A DNA stretch of 64,000 nucleotides from the human T2T-CHM13v2.0 reference genome, Homo sapiens: NCBI RefSeq assembly GCF_009914755.1, contig NC_060944.1, one strand, 5' to 3'. Each line of letters starts with the position of its first letter. Within the stretch, counting starts at the first letter, position 1. The translations under genes were made by a program, and so were the position numbers. Under the pieces are notes generated by a model that was not told the origin of the DNA, ran no database searches, and saw only the letters and a program-made list of their open reading frames with translations. Below, one piece after another: positions 12,516-28,504 of the stretch.

Positions 12516-13070
12516 CTGGAACCAGAAAGAACAGTGCAGTGAATGAACGCAGCATCGGCCAGCGGCGGTGGCCAGGACTGAGCCCAGGCTGAAACAGATA
12601 GTTGGACACCACACAAGCTACTCTCCACCACATTACATCTATGGAGATTTATTGCTTTCTAAATCATTCCCTAAATTCCAAATACTATTATTCAACAGAA
12701 AGTAAGGAAAAATTTAGCCCCATTATACTGTTTTCATTCTTCCAGAATATTAATTTTATATGAATAATACATTTTATATCAAGTATTTGAACAGGCCTTA
12801 TTAATCATTACAGACATGTTTATGATAGCAACAGAAAAGGTAACAGTTCAGTTACATAGTTTTTTCTTTCTCAATTATGATTTTCATGATATTCGTTCAC
12901 TATAAATGGTACGGTGTACCTCACCTTCTTAACTCACCCCAAGCTTTTGAGATTTTAGTTTCCCTGAGACCTCACAAGGTCTAAATGTGATTATGGCAAT
13001 CAGTAACTGAAGGGACAAAATACAAAGTTACAAGCCCAGAAGTGAATCCCAGCCTGGAAGCCAGACGTAG

Positions 13071-13832
<762 letters not shown>

Positions 13833-14455
13833 TAATAGAGAAAATCCCAAAAAGGGCAGAATGACCGATATTTGTTAGGTAAATTGTAGAGAAGATTGTG
13901 AAAGACTCTGAAACAGTAGATGTCCCAACTAACTCACCCACCCAGGTATCACTGTCTTTGCCTAGCTATTTTACAACTCTGAAGTGATAGAAGGTAGGTT
14001 GCTAAAACCTGATAGTAATGCAAATAATTCCTGCCAACAGAAATGCAAATTGTGTCCAGTGAAATGTAATCAATTATCACCCTGAATATTGACCAGTTTT
14101 GAATTCATTTGTAAGTTCACTTCGATATTCCTTGCTCTGACTATAAATGAGTACTTTGAGTTCTCCATTAAACTGGCTGTAATATCTTACTGGTTTTCCT
14201 CACTAATAAATGAGTTAAATAAAATCTTTGAAATACGTTCATTTCATATCTCTATAAAGGTCATGATTACATCCCCTTTTAAAGTGTATCCTTTAAAAGG
14301 GCTTTGTTTTTAATATCCTAATGTAAAATAGCCTAAAATGCTTCGCAAATGGGAATATGATATAATCATGCCAATATCTACCTACAAATGATTAGCATGT
14401 TACTCACTGCCATTCTTCATTCAGATATATTAAGTAGAAGATAACATTCACTGTA

Positions 14456-14769
14456 GATGGGCGTGGTGACTCACGCCTGTAATCCCAGCACTCTGGGAGG
14501 CCGAGGCGGGTGGATCATGAGGTCAGGAGTTTGAGACCAGCCTGGCCAACATGGTGAAACCCTGTCTCTACTAAAAATACAAAAATTAGCCAGGCACGGT
14601 GGTGCATGCCTGTAATCCCAGCTACTCAGGAGACTAAGGCAGGATCCAGCCTTAGCTTGAATCCAGGAGGCAGAGGTTGCAGTGAGCCGAGATCACACCA
14701 CTGCACTCTAGCCTGGGTGACAGAGCAAGACTCTGTCTCACAAAAAAAAAAAAAAAAAAAAAAAAAAAA
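14456..14769 (+). mobile_element. Alu (AluS-like), full length
   Basis: GGGCGTGGTGACTCACGCCTGTAATCCCAGC...poly(A); TSD-like ATTCACT(G/A)TA. Confidence 0.95.
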
Positions 14770-14949
14770 TTCACTATATATTCAAAGCAACAGCCCATTA
14801 AAAATTATTCTTGGGTTAGAACTGTGCTGACATGGCTTATACTTTAAACAAAATAAAATGAGCTTCTGAACTTAAATTTAAAAATCAATTTAAAGATTAA
14901 ACTTTTTGAGGTCAAAATCTCACCCATACAAGGAGTATATTCTGTCAAA

Positions 14950-15250
14950 TAAAACTGACAAATGCTTATGGAGCAAGGTTCTCTAGGGGCCGGGCACTGA
15001 CGGGGTAGACACTGGGGAAACAAGGATGAACACAACACGGTCCCTGCCCTCAAGAAGCTCCTCAGCTCCTCTGAACAAATGCTACCAGGAAGCTGAGAAG
15101 GGAGAAGCTGATTCTCTCTGGCACTGCAGGTAGGTCAGCCTAGACAAGGAAAGAACTTCACAGAGGCAATTCAAGCTGGGTTGGAAGTGTGAGGAGGGTC
15201 CCACCAGGCAGGGAAGATGCTCTTAGTGAGCACAGGCCCAGAGGTACGAA
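14950..15250. mobile_element. degenerate L2 fragment, followed by a MER5-like fragment at about 15300-15375
   Basis: L2-type 'tccctgccctcaagaagctc'; MER5-type 'catcagaatca...aaaatgcagat.cctgggcccc'. Confidence 0.45.
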
Positions 15251-15870
15251 AGAGCAAGAAGTCTCAAGGATGCTGAAGTCACCTGGCTGCTTAGGGAAGT
15301 GGATCTCTACTCTGCTATGCATCAGAATCATGTGGGACTTTATCAAAAATGCAGATGCCTGGGCCCCCCCAGGCTTCAGATATATGGCCAGAGGTGAGAC
15401 CCACCGAGGCCAGGGTAGTGTTCAGAACTGAGAAAGGGGACTGGAGGTGAGGCAGAAAAGGCATCTACGAAGGGACCTGGAAGGCCCAGAAGGCTCTAGA
15501 TTTTAACCTGTAAACCAAGAAAAAAATCCCAATGGTTTTGAGGCCCAGGAGTGAGGTGGTAGAGTGGTGTTCTAAAAAGAGCAGCAGAGAGAGAAGAGAG
15601 AGAGCAACTTGGACAGTGAGAAGAAGGCAGGGAAAAGTGACTTGTAAGGAGGAGACAGCCAAGCCCACCGGAAAAAAGATGGGGGTTGCTTCCAGCCCAT
15701 TCCACAGACCAGCTACCTAATGCTTAGGAAAATGTTAGCTTCAGAAGTTATGAAATTTGAAATTAACAAATGCAAAATTGAGCTGCCATTCATAAATACA
15801 AAACTTAAGTGATTTTGAAAGTGCATTAAGAAGCAAATCAACAATTACAATTGGCCAAAATGTCACATAC

Positions 15871-15936
15871 CAAAAATTTCTCAGTGGCTTCTTGTCCAAC
15901 AGCATGACAAATATCACCAAAATTTGCAGCACAAAC
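15871..15936 (-). pseudogene. PPP4R1L: exon (exon 8-equivalent), 66 nt
   Basis: TTTTTAAG|GTT...TTG|GTATGT; VCAANFGDICHAVGQEATEKFL. Confidence 0.92.
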
Positions 15937-16739
15937 CTTAAAAAGGCAAAAGGCATATCCATTATTCTTATCTTTCTTTTTGTCTTAACAAATTGTAAAA
16001 ACTAACAAGCAGGAACTTTGAGAGCAATTACCCCGCTAGTCAGGCAGCTAACGAGCCTTTCCCAAGCCCATCGCCCATACAGCACAACGCCAGATGCCTC
16101 CATTGCATCAAAAACAGAAGATTTACAATAAGGTGCCAAATTCTAAGATTTTCTGGCTCCTAATTGATCTTGATACAGAATGCATGTTAGCGATAAGGCA
16201 AAAGAGGCCCCTTAACATTCCCTGCATGGTAAAGGAGACCTGCTGTTCTGCCTGTGTATCATGAACAGAGACCAGAGGGGTGATGGCCAGTTACACAGCA
16301 AGGTGCAAGGTGAGGCTGTTTAGGGAAGGATGGTAACGAACTTCAAAAGGAAGAATTTGACAACCAAGTGACAAGTGACTAAAAGGGAATTTGGGGTTGG
16401 AAGGTATAGCAAAGATAAGAAGGTTCTGGATCAAATCACCACAGATAATCAAAGACCTTGCAAGCCTGGGCATCTAACCATAAACCAGCAAGGTCCCCTA
16501 ACTCTCACCCTGTGCCTGAGGGCAACAGGTCTAGTCATACAGACTCTTATCTCCAGGTCTCTACGCATTTCTTAACTGCAGTAAAAACTGGCAACGCTGT
16601 TCAGATATTTTCCTTACATAGTTCACACTGGACACATTTTTCCCCCAGACTATGTCTACTGAAGAAGTCCAAAACCTTTAGAAAAATCAATTTTGAACTT
16701 TTTTTAACTTTAAGAGTTTTAGAATTCTTACATTCCTAC

Positions 16740-16847
16740 CTTCCGAACTTGAAAGAGCTTCCTGTCACCACACAGTTCACAGAATCGGGGGAGTAGCAGG
16801 CGTTCAACGGTACTCTTACTCAGCATTGAAGCCATTTTGCAGATTAT
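16740..16847 (-). pseudogene. PPP4R1L: exon (exon 7-equivalent), 108 nt
   Basis: TATAG|ATA...AAG|GTAGG; IICKMASMLSKSTVERLLLPRFCELCGDRKLFQVRK. Confidence 0.92.
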
Positions 16848-17451
16848 CTATAAATTTTTTTAAAAAATCGAATCATTTAAAATGTCAAAGCATGTAAGTC
16901 ACATGTAGCACTAAAGATATATTCCAAAAGCCAATATTCAAAATATTCCCAACATACCTAAGAAGGAAAAATAAAAAACACCTTCTTTTGAGTTTTGTCA
17001 AGTTATAAGATCAACAGAAGGCCCAACATTTCTCCAGTTTGACTCAGGTAACTGTTTGTCAGAAGCTCAAGAGTTACAATCTGCCAGGTCCCCACCTTGT
17101 GCCCAATACACAAACAAACAAAAATGTATGTGCATTGGCTCATTTTACCTTCCCAAGAATCCTATGACATGGGCATTATTTATCCTCATGTTTCCGGATG
17201 GGGAAATGCTGCAAGAGGTTAAATAGAATGACTAAACACAAACAGTGGGGAGGTGAGTCATCCAGTGACAGCAAGACATGGTAAGCACTGGAAGATGATC
17301 ACATTCTGGAGAAACTAAAGACTAGACCCTTACAAGAAAAAAAAAAAAAGAAAAAAAAGATTAAATTTTGCATTTATGCTGCTTTTTGCCTGAGGGTACT
17401 TCCCGTTCTACATGGCTATACAGGGTAGCTAGACCTCAAGCAAAAGCAACA

Positions 17452-19678
<2,227 letters not shown>

Positions 19679-19704
19679 ACATATATACATACATAAATTT
19701 TTTA

Positions 19705-22700
19705 AAGCTACAGTTTTACTGTGAAGGAAGGAGGGAGCCAAAGAAAGGAAAGCTCCAAAATCTGTGGTTAAATCTTACCCTAATCCTTAGCTGATCTCTG
19801 AACTGGGCATGCACAGGGGAGATGGTGAGGTTCATAGAGAAACAGTAACTTAAGGATGAAAGAAGTGAGCTGTTTCAGCTGCTGCCTACTACAGGAAAAA
19901 CAGAATCTGAACTGCTTTCTAGAACAAAGTCAATATCTCTAGAGGTAAACAACAAAATCCAGAGTTTCTACAATGTTTCAACAAAATACAATAGAAAATG
20001 AAAAATCTATAGACATGAGAAGAAATAAGAAAATGTGACCCACAGTCAAGAAAAATATCAGTCAGCAGAAAAAACACCCACAGAAAATCCAGATATTAGA
20101 ATTAGAAGACTTTAAAAGGAATTTAAAGCAGCTATTACAAATATGCTCAAGTACAAAGAGGAAAACAGGGCCACAATGAATGAACAGATTAGGAATCTTA
20201 TCAAAGAAATGGAAACTATAAAAAAGAACCAAGACTTCTGGTAATAGCAAAGTCTAAGTTAGACTAACCCTCCTGAAGCTAAAAATTATAGAATCTTGAC
20301 AAAACATAAAAAAAACACCATTTGAAAGCAGCGGAAAGCAACCAAAAGGCAGAAACTGGAAGAGGGGCTACTCTTAAAAGATACACTGCAACAGGAGAGA
20401 TTTGCAAGCAAGGTCCAAAATCTGTGCATAAAATGTGCTTAAATCTTTGGCTAACTGCTAAACTACATATATGTGAGGGGGATCCCAGAGGACCCAGAAA
20501 AAAAGCAGCGTCAGAAATTAAACAAACTCAGCAGAGATTTCAGCTTCTGCTCACAAGGCAGATAATTTGGAGCTGGAGATTAATCAAGGTAACTGCCTCC
20601 TAGGACAAAAATCATTTTAGAAAAATATAACAGAATCCAGGGACTCTGCAATGTATCATTTATAATGTCCAGTGTCCAATCAAAAATCACTACTCATGCA
20701 TTAATAAGAAAAAAGTGATCCATAATATAAGTAGTCAATGAAAACCAACATCAAGATGATCCAAATGTTGCATGGGCCGGACAAGGACTTTAAAGGAGCT
20801 GTTATAAATATACTCAAGAATTACAAGGAAAAAATGCATAAAGAATAGACAGGGACTTTCTATATGATAGAGATATAGAAACTGTAAAGGTCTATAAAAG
20901 ATCAAAATGGAAATTCTAGAGCAAAATAGTACAATAACTGAAATTAAAAATTTGCTGGCTAGGCCTAACAGCAGATTGGAGAGAAGTAAAAAAAAAGAAT
21001 CAATGACTTTTTAAATTAATAAAAATTATCAAATCTAAACATCAGAGAGAAAAAATGATTAAAGAAAAGTGAACAATGCCTCAAAGACCTGTAGGACAAC
21101 ATCAAGGGTCCCAACTTTGTGTTATCTAAGTCACAAACTGAAAGGAGAAAAAGAATACAGAAAAAGGTATTTAAAACAACAATAGCCCAAACTTCCCAAA
21201 TTATTTGAAAGGCTTAACACACAAATCCAAGAAGTTCAATGGAGACAAAACAGTATACTAACTATGCTAAATCCAAAGGTAAAGAGAAAAATCTCATGAG
21301 CAGCCAGAGAAAAAGGGATATTTTATATATACGAGTACAATATAAATGATAGATGACTTCTCATGAGAAACAAAGGAGGCCAGAAGACAACAGAATGGCA
21401 TCTTTAAAATGCTAAAAGAAACAAAAAAACTTTTCAACTCACAATTCTACATCCACAAAACTATCATTCAAAAATAAATGCAAAATAGACATTTTCAGAT
21501 AAACAAAAATTAATAAATTTCATCATCAGCCAACCTGAACTACAAAAGGTACTAAAGGAAGTTCTTCTGCATTAAGGGAAAGGATACCAGATGATAACTC
21601 ATATCCAGGAAAGGAAAGAATGACAACCACCAAAAATGGCAAAAACGGGCATATAAAAGGCTGTATTTTTTTCTTTTTTACTAATCTCTTCAAAAGATGT
21701 AACTCTTTAAATCAAAAATTAAAATACTGTACCATATGGTTTAAATATATGTCCCCACCAAATCTCAAGTTGAATTGTAATCCCCAATATTAGAGGTGGG
21801 GCCTGGTGGGAGGTATTTGGGTCATGGGGGTGGATCCCTTATTGCTTGGTGTTGTCCTCACAATAGTGAGTTCTTGCATATCTGGTTGTTGTAAAGTGTG
21901 GCACCTCCCTCCCCACTACTTCCTCTCTTGCTCCTGTTTTCATCATGTGACGTGCCTGCTCCCACTTTGCCTTCCGCCATGAGTAAAAGCTTCCTGAGAC
22001 CTCCTCAGAAGCAGATGCTGGCACTATGTTTCCTGTGTAGTCTGCAGAACCATGATTCAATTAAACCTCTTTTCTTATAAATTACCCAGTCTCAGTTATT
22101 CCTGCATAGCGATGCAAGAATGGCCTAACACAGTGTATTCGCAGGCTCATAATGTAATATACATGAAAGCAACAGCACAAAGGATGAAAGCAAGTGAATG
22201 GAACCATGCTGTTGCAAAAGGTGATATATTTTTTGAAAATCCTCAATAGAGGAATTAAAATGCAATGCTAAAAAACATTCATTAGCCCAAAAGAAAACAG
22301 AAAAGAATTAACAAAAAAACAGATGAGACAAATGAAAACAGACAGAGAAATGGCAGTAATAAAACCAAACATATCAATAATTACATTAAATATAAATGAA
22401 CTAAACACACTAATTAAGGAGCAGAAACTATCAGACTGGATATAAAAGCAGGATCCAACTAGATGCTAACAAAAGCACAAACACTTTAAATGTAAAGACA
22501 TGTAAGTTGAGAGTAAAAAAATAAACAAATATACTATAATAAGTATAAAAATCCTAGAGTGGTTATATTACTATCATAATTGATTATAAAATATGGATTA
22601 CTGTCAAAGACATTTCTTAATGATGAAAGGGTTAATATATCACATAGACATTAACATTAAATGTGTAGCTTTAAATGCTTAAAATGGAAAAGAATGCAGG

Positions 22701-24300
22701 CTTAAAAATACTGTTTCCTCTTTAAAAAGCTAAAAAAAGGACAAGCAAACAACTCAAGAAAGGAGAAGGGTGGAAATAATAAACAGTAGAAATCAATGAA
22801 AAAGAAATAAGTGAAAAAAACCAACAAAGCCAAAAATTGGCTTGAAAACATAAATAAATTTGATAAGCCCCTAGCAAGACTGATCAAGAGAGAAAAAAAC
22901 ACAAATTACCAAGATCATAATTGAAAGGGGATAACACCACAGATCTTACAGACATTAAAAAGATAATAGAAGAATATCATGAACAAGTCTAACCCAATAA
23001 ATCTGACAACTTACATGAAATTAATAAATTCCCTGAAATGTACAACTTACCCAGTGACACAGACGAAGAAATCTGAACAGCACTGTATCTGAATTAAATC
23101 TGTTATGAAGAACCATCTCACAAAGAAAACTCTAGGACCAGAGGTTTTACTGGAGAATTCTAACAAATGTTTTAGGAAAAAAATAACTCCAATCTTAAAT
23201 AAAACCTTTCAGAAAATAGAAAAGGAGGGAATACTTCCCAACTCATTTTTTTAAGCCAGAATAATTCTGATTCTAAAATCTGACAGAGACATAATAGGAA
23301 AAGAAAATTGTTCTCTTGAATATAGATATGAAAATCCTCAACAAAATGGTGGCAAATTATGGAGAAGGCAGCACAGTAGAATGTCAACCAGAATTGTCAA
23401 TAGACAGCAACGCTAGCGGGTGAAGGTCTGACGGAGAAGAGCATACTTAAATACAAGGTAATTCTCATTACTTCCAGAGGGAAAAAAGAGCACACTGGAG
23501 AAACCTGGCAGATACCACATCTATCTATTAGGTCATCAAAGTTAACATCACCAATATTAGGACAAGCTGAAGTCTTGTGCCTCCTGCCATGACACACTGG
23601 GAATACATCACTCCTGTGATACTCCTGCCAGAAAGACAGAATCTGAATCCAATCACAAGGAAACATCAGGCAAAGCCAAACAGGGAGACACTCTGCAAAA
23701 AAAATGTGGCCAGTACTCTTCCAATACTTAAGTGTCACAAAATTCAAAGACAGACTCAGGAACTGTTCCAGATTAATGGAAACCAAAGAGATAGGACAGC
23801 TCATTGCAGCAAGTAACCCTGGACTGGGTCTTAGGCAAATGGCGATGTTTGCATATGAACTGTGGCTATGACGTTAGCACTGTATCGGTGTTAAATTTCC
23901 TATTTTGATCATTGTACTATGGTTATATAAGAGAGTTTCCTTCCTTTTAGGATATATACATTGAAGTATTTAGATGAATGCTGCTGTTTGTCCTTAATAA
24001 ATAAAACATTAAATTAAAAAATGAAGTATTTAGATATAAAGAGGGACAATGCCTCCGACTAAGTCTCAAATGTCTCAGAAAATAATAAATACAGTAAATA
24101 TGCATCTGTCTGTATGTGTGGAGAGAGAAGGAGAAATGGAGGAGAAGAGAAAAAAAATGATAAAATAAATGAAGCTAGATACAAATTACTAAAGAAGCCA
24201 GAAAGAGGTATAGGGGAATTCATACTACTATTCTTGCAACTTTCTTGCAAGTTTGAAATTGAAACAAGATGAAAAGTTGCCAAAAACAAAATTGTGAAAG
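19705..24300 (+). mobile_element. old L1M fragments (5' UTR, ORF1, ORF2, 3' end), interrupted by an LTR
   Basis: A-rich + strand with degenerate L1 ORF1 and endonuclease motifs and an L1MC/ME-type 3' end; boundaries approximate. Confidence 0.7.
21734..22131 (+). mobile_element. MST-family (MaLR) solo LTR
   Basis: 'tatggttt...gtccccaccaaatctca.gttgaattgtaatcccca...ttccgccatgagtaaaagcttcctgag...aattacccagtctcag...ctaacaca'. Confidence 0.85.
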
Positions 24301-24329
24301 AATTCTTCCATTCCCCCAACACAGTAAAA

Positions 24330-24450
24330 AGAAAAGGAGGAAAAAACAAAAGAAGGAAGGAAGAAGGTTAAGGCAGGGGAGTGAAGGACCGAAGTAGGGA
24401 GAGAAGAAAGGAAGGGATGGAGAAAGGCAGGGATTGGGGGGAGGAAGGGC
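24330..24450. repeat. GA-rich low-complexity tract
   Basis: GGAA/GAAG purine runs. Confidence 0.7.
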
Positions 24451-27400
24451 TTCCTGTCTCTAAAGTCTGTTATTCTCACTATATACACAGCACTGCCTAT
24501 TTACAGTAGAAAAAGGTTCTGGGTTAGTAATCTACCCATCATTCTATTTGGAATTTGCATACAGGAAGAGGGGAAAGAAAACCAATGGGGGTGGAGCGAA
24601 CGGGGAAACTAGCCCATAACACAAATAAGGAAAAGGTTTGTGTCCTCAGAACAGAGAGGACACATATTTCTGATGTGATGCTTAGCAGAGTTGTACAAAG
24701 TGACAGCCACAATAAATGAGGATGTGAGGCTTCCGTATGCAGGGTGATGGGCAACTAAAGCACTCCCAGTATCTCCATCCACCCCTCTCCATCTGCCACA
24801 CCTGCATGACCTTATTACTATACAGTATAAAACAAATCCAGAGTCATTAAAAGTCAGCACACTAGTGACAAGAAATTATATTCCCGTGGCCCTGGGAACC
24901 ACTTGTATGGAATGACGATCTTCACTTAGTTGCTTGGAGCCAACTGTTCTTTATAGCACATAACCAAGAGATTCTTCTTAAATAAGTGCACAAATAAAAA
25001 TTAGCTTAAAAATAGAAATGATGACAAAAAATGAGGAAGCCTTAACGTGAAAAAGTTTTGAGAGAGAAAAATAGTCTTCTGACAATGAGTTATAATCTCG
25101 GAATGCTAATGGCGTCCCTGCAAGCAAGAGGAATTATAATTGGTCTCTGGTGGCCTGTTTATCCTGTCTAGATATAATTAAAAGATACAGCTCTTGCAGT
25201 TTTTACCGATTCATTCATCCAACAACTAACATTTATTTAGTACTGACTCTGGGCCTGGCACTGTGCTGGGTGCTGATGGTGCAAAGATACCGCAGCCCAG
25301 TGAGCCAAGAAGCTCACCATCTTGAGGGAGAAATAAACAAAACAGAATTTCACAACTCAACTGCTAAGTGACAGAAGACAGACAGAGCCAACCCTTCTAA
25401 CTGCATCAAGGACAGAGTCACTAACATTGCATAGGGTTTCTAGAAGGTCTTCACAAAGGAAAATGCACACACATTTCCCTTCCCAGGATTCCATGTACCC
25501 ATGTCCCAACATGGAAGCTGTCCTGCATAACTCAATCTAAAACACCCAGGACACATGCAGTTGGTTATCTCTGATTTTCCCAATCATATATGCACTAGAG
25601 TTGTTGGCATCAGAATCAACTAATTGTTAAGTTCTAATGAGAGTGACAAGTCGAATGAACAGATGTATTTTATCCATGAAGACGTGCAGTCTCCTTGGGA
25701 GTTGAGGCACTTCCTCCAAAATGGCACTGCTTTGAGTAGGCGTGTGTTTATGTACAGCACAGATGTAGCAATATTCACACCATCCGGATCAACAGAGAGC
25801 CCCCAAACACATCGGGCATCTGACCAGCCCGGTTTGCTTCTTTCCTCATCACCCTTTTAGCTAACAGCTCCCTGAATCACCTCCTAATAGATACACACTG
25901 GCACCTGCAATGTTTGGGGTATCACCTACAGACTAGCTAAATCAGAACCCTGCCTTCCTAGGGGAGCTCTACAAAGCACACATGTGGCCTTCTCTTCCTT
26001 GGCTAATGATACTCACACTGTCATTTACTCCACCCACATTGTCATTTCCTAGCTAAAAAGAAGATTCTTTCTGTGTTCCACAGCTCTCTGGTACTCAAGG
26101 GGCAAGTCCCCCCAAGGCCCCTTGGCCTCCAGGGTCTGGGGAAATAGCTGGAGCAAAGCACACATGGGCCAGACCAGACACCCCACATTCCACTCCCATC
26201 AGATCTCCACGGGAGGAAAAGCAGAGGTCCTGCAGGAACACCTGGGAGAAACAGACAAGCACAGTCTGGGCCATGGTGGGTGGGAGGTTCAAGATCACTT
26301 CTGTTCTCGCAGCCACAGTTCAAATCCTATCCATTCAAGTAATGAGACCAGCATCTCACTTGGAATGAAAAATACAATTTATGTGAACTAATTTGTTCTG
26401 CAAGTGATTTGTGCAGATAGCTTTTTGAAGGCTTGTAATATTTTCCAAATATTTCTACCAAAAAAAATGAAGAAGAAGAGGAATATTGCTGACAAGAATG
26501 GAGTATTTGGAAAGAAAACAAAATAAAAATCATGCAAAAATGCCTTTAGCATTATTTTTCATGGTATTATCAGTCTTTAGGGGTAAGATATTTGGTTGTC
26601 AGTCGTAACCTTGGAAACTCGCCTAACCAACTTCCAAATGGAAAAGAAGATCTAGTTGGCAAAGTTCACTGCTCAACTGCCAAATACCCCAACTAAATGA
26701 TATTATCCAGGTTCATTTTGCAAAACAAATTTAATTTCTTATAGAGAAACTTGAAATTTATAAAAGAACCCTGGAGAATTTGGATTTTAATAATCAATTA
26801 TTCTTCAGCCTGATTCATCTTATAAACACATGGAATATGCAAAAATTAAATTAGTTTAAAAAGCCAGACCTTTAACGCATAGTTGAATAAAACTTTTACA
26901 TAAATGAAGAGTAATTGCCAAATGTTCTGATGCTGTAATACAATTTTTTAGCTCTATGGCGTATAATGTTTCTGCACTTTAAAAAAGAAAATAATTCCTT
27001 TCTCTAACGTCACTGTTTCCCAAACAGGAAAACAACTATCTTCTGTATATTTTATTATACTCATAATTAATGCTTATGAATTTTTACATCCTTTACGGAC
27101 CAATTTTTCCTAAAATGCTGGAATAATCCTGGAGCTATTTGCTTCTATAAGGCAAACAGAAAGGGTCATGCCATACAGCATCATTTGCATGGATCAGTGG
27201 AGGAGCAGCAGCTAAAGAAAACAAGATGGCCCATTGTGACCTCCCCTTGAGCCACAAAGGAAAAGGTGCAAGGACAAATGGAGGCATCCTGATCTGAAGG
27301 CAGGAAAAGTCTGCACTGGATCATCAGCTGCTGGTTTGTGAACAAGGGCTCCAGAAGCGAGTAGAAAATCCTGCCTGTATAATCATTTAACAATGGGCAC

Positions 27401-27841
27401 AGAATCTTGCAAACCCAAGGATACCAGACTATTAACTAGAAGACACTGAACATTTATACTATTCCTTTCACTGCACATCTTTGACTGATAGAAGCACAAA
27501 TACTTTAACACAGCATCTCCCAAATGCCTGTAAATGTTTGGCCACATCTGCATTCTTCACAGTGACTCTTCTTATTTGCTTACATACCTATCTTAGTCTT
27601 CTCCTAATCTATAGACACACAAGTCTGCTAAATTTTCTTCTTAATTGTCTAAGTACCACCTAAAATTATCTCACATCATACTAGGGTTGTTTCTTTGAGA
27701 AGGAAGGCCCAGGGTCCAAGTAGGTTCAAGGATTTACCTATAAATCTCAGCATCTTGTCCAACAGAAATCTAAGCCAGCTACTGCTGCTAAGCCCAAATC
27801 ACTCTGATTTCTCAAGCCTTTTCTTCTTAAAACAATTGGTG

Positions 27842-28145
27842 TTTGGTTTCCTGTCCTCGTGATAGTTTGCTGAGAATGATGGCTTCCAGCTTCATCCATG
27901 TCCCTACAAAGGACATGAACTCATCCTTTTTTATGGCTGCACAGTATTCCATGGGAAGGGGAACATTACACACCGGGGCCTGTCGTGGGGTCGGGGGAGA
28001 GGGGAGGGATAGCATTAGGAGATATACCTAATGTAAATGACGAGTTAATGGGTGCAGCACACCAACATGGCACATGTATACATATGTAACAAACCTACAT
28101 GTTGTGCACATGTACCCTAGAACTTGAAGTATAAAAAAAAACAAA
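27842..28145 (+). mobile_element. short L1PA 3' end with inverted 5' segment (twin priming)
   Basis: 27842 to about 27954 is L1 in reverse; about 27954-28145 is L1PA 3' UTR in forward orientation plus poly(A); TSD AAAACAATTGGTG at 27829-27841 and 28146-28158. Confidence 0.92.
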
Positions 28146-28357
28146 AAAACAATTGGTGCTATAGGGATGCTTACTTCCAAAACATGCTCATGGCTGAACT
28201 GTGAGCTTTCTCCAACCTAGGTCGAGTAACTGGTTACCTTGTTCACGAGAACAGTGCTGACCAAAATCAAACACGTGTAATACTTCATGTCAGGTATAAG
28301 TCAACTTATGGGACAGTGCCCACAGGTGCTGGGCAGTCATTCCCTGGACGGACTTAC

Positions 28358-28504
28358 GCTCACAGCTTCTGCTTTATATTCGTCATCACTGTCTGGGGCA
28401 GAGAGCTGCAGGAGAATGGGACATACTTTGTTTTCAACATCATGCTGGAAAATTAGGTCTTGTTCCAGAAGAATCAAGAGCACTTCCTGACTTGATTTTC
28501 TCAC
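28358..28504 (-). pseudogene. PPP4R1L: exon (exon 6-equivalent), 147 nt, with mutated splice acceptor (GG instead of AG)
   Basis: TTTTTTTCCCTTCTGG|GTG AGA AAA...AGC|GTAAGT; VRKSSQEVLLILLEQDLIFQHDVENKVCPILLQLSAPDSDDEYKAEAVS. Confidence 0.9.
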
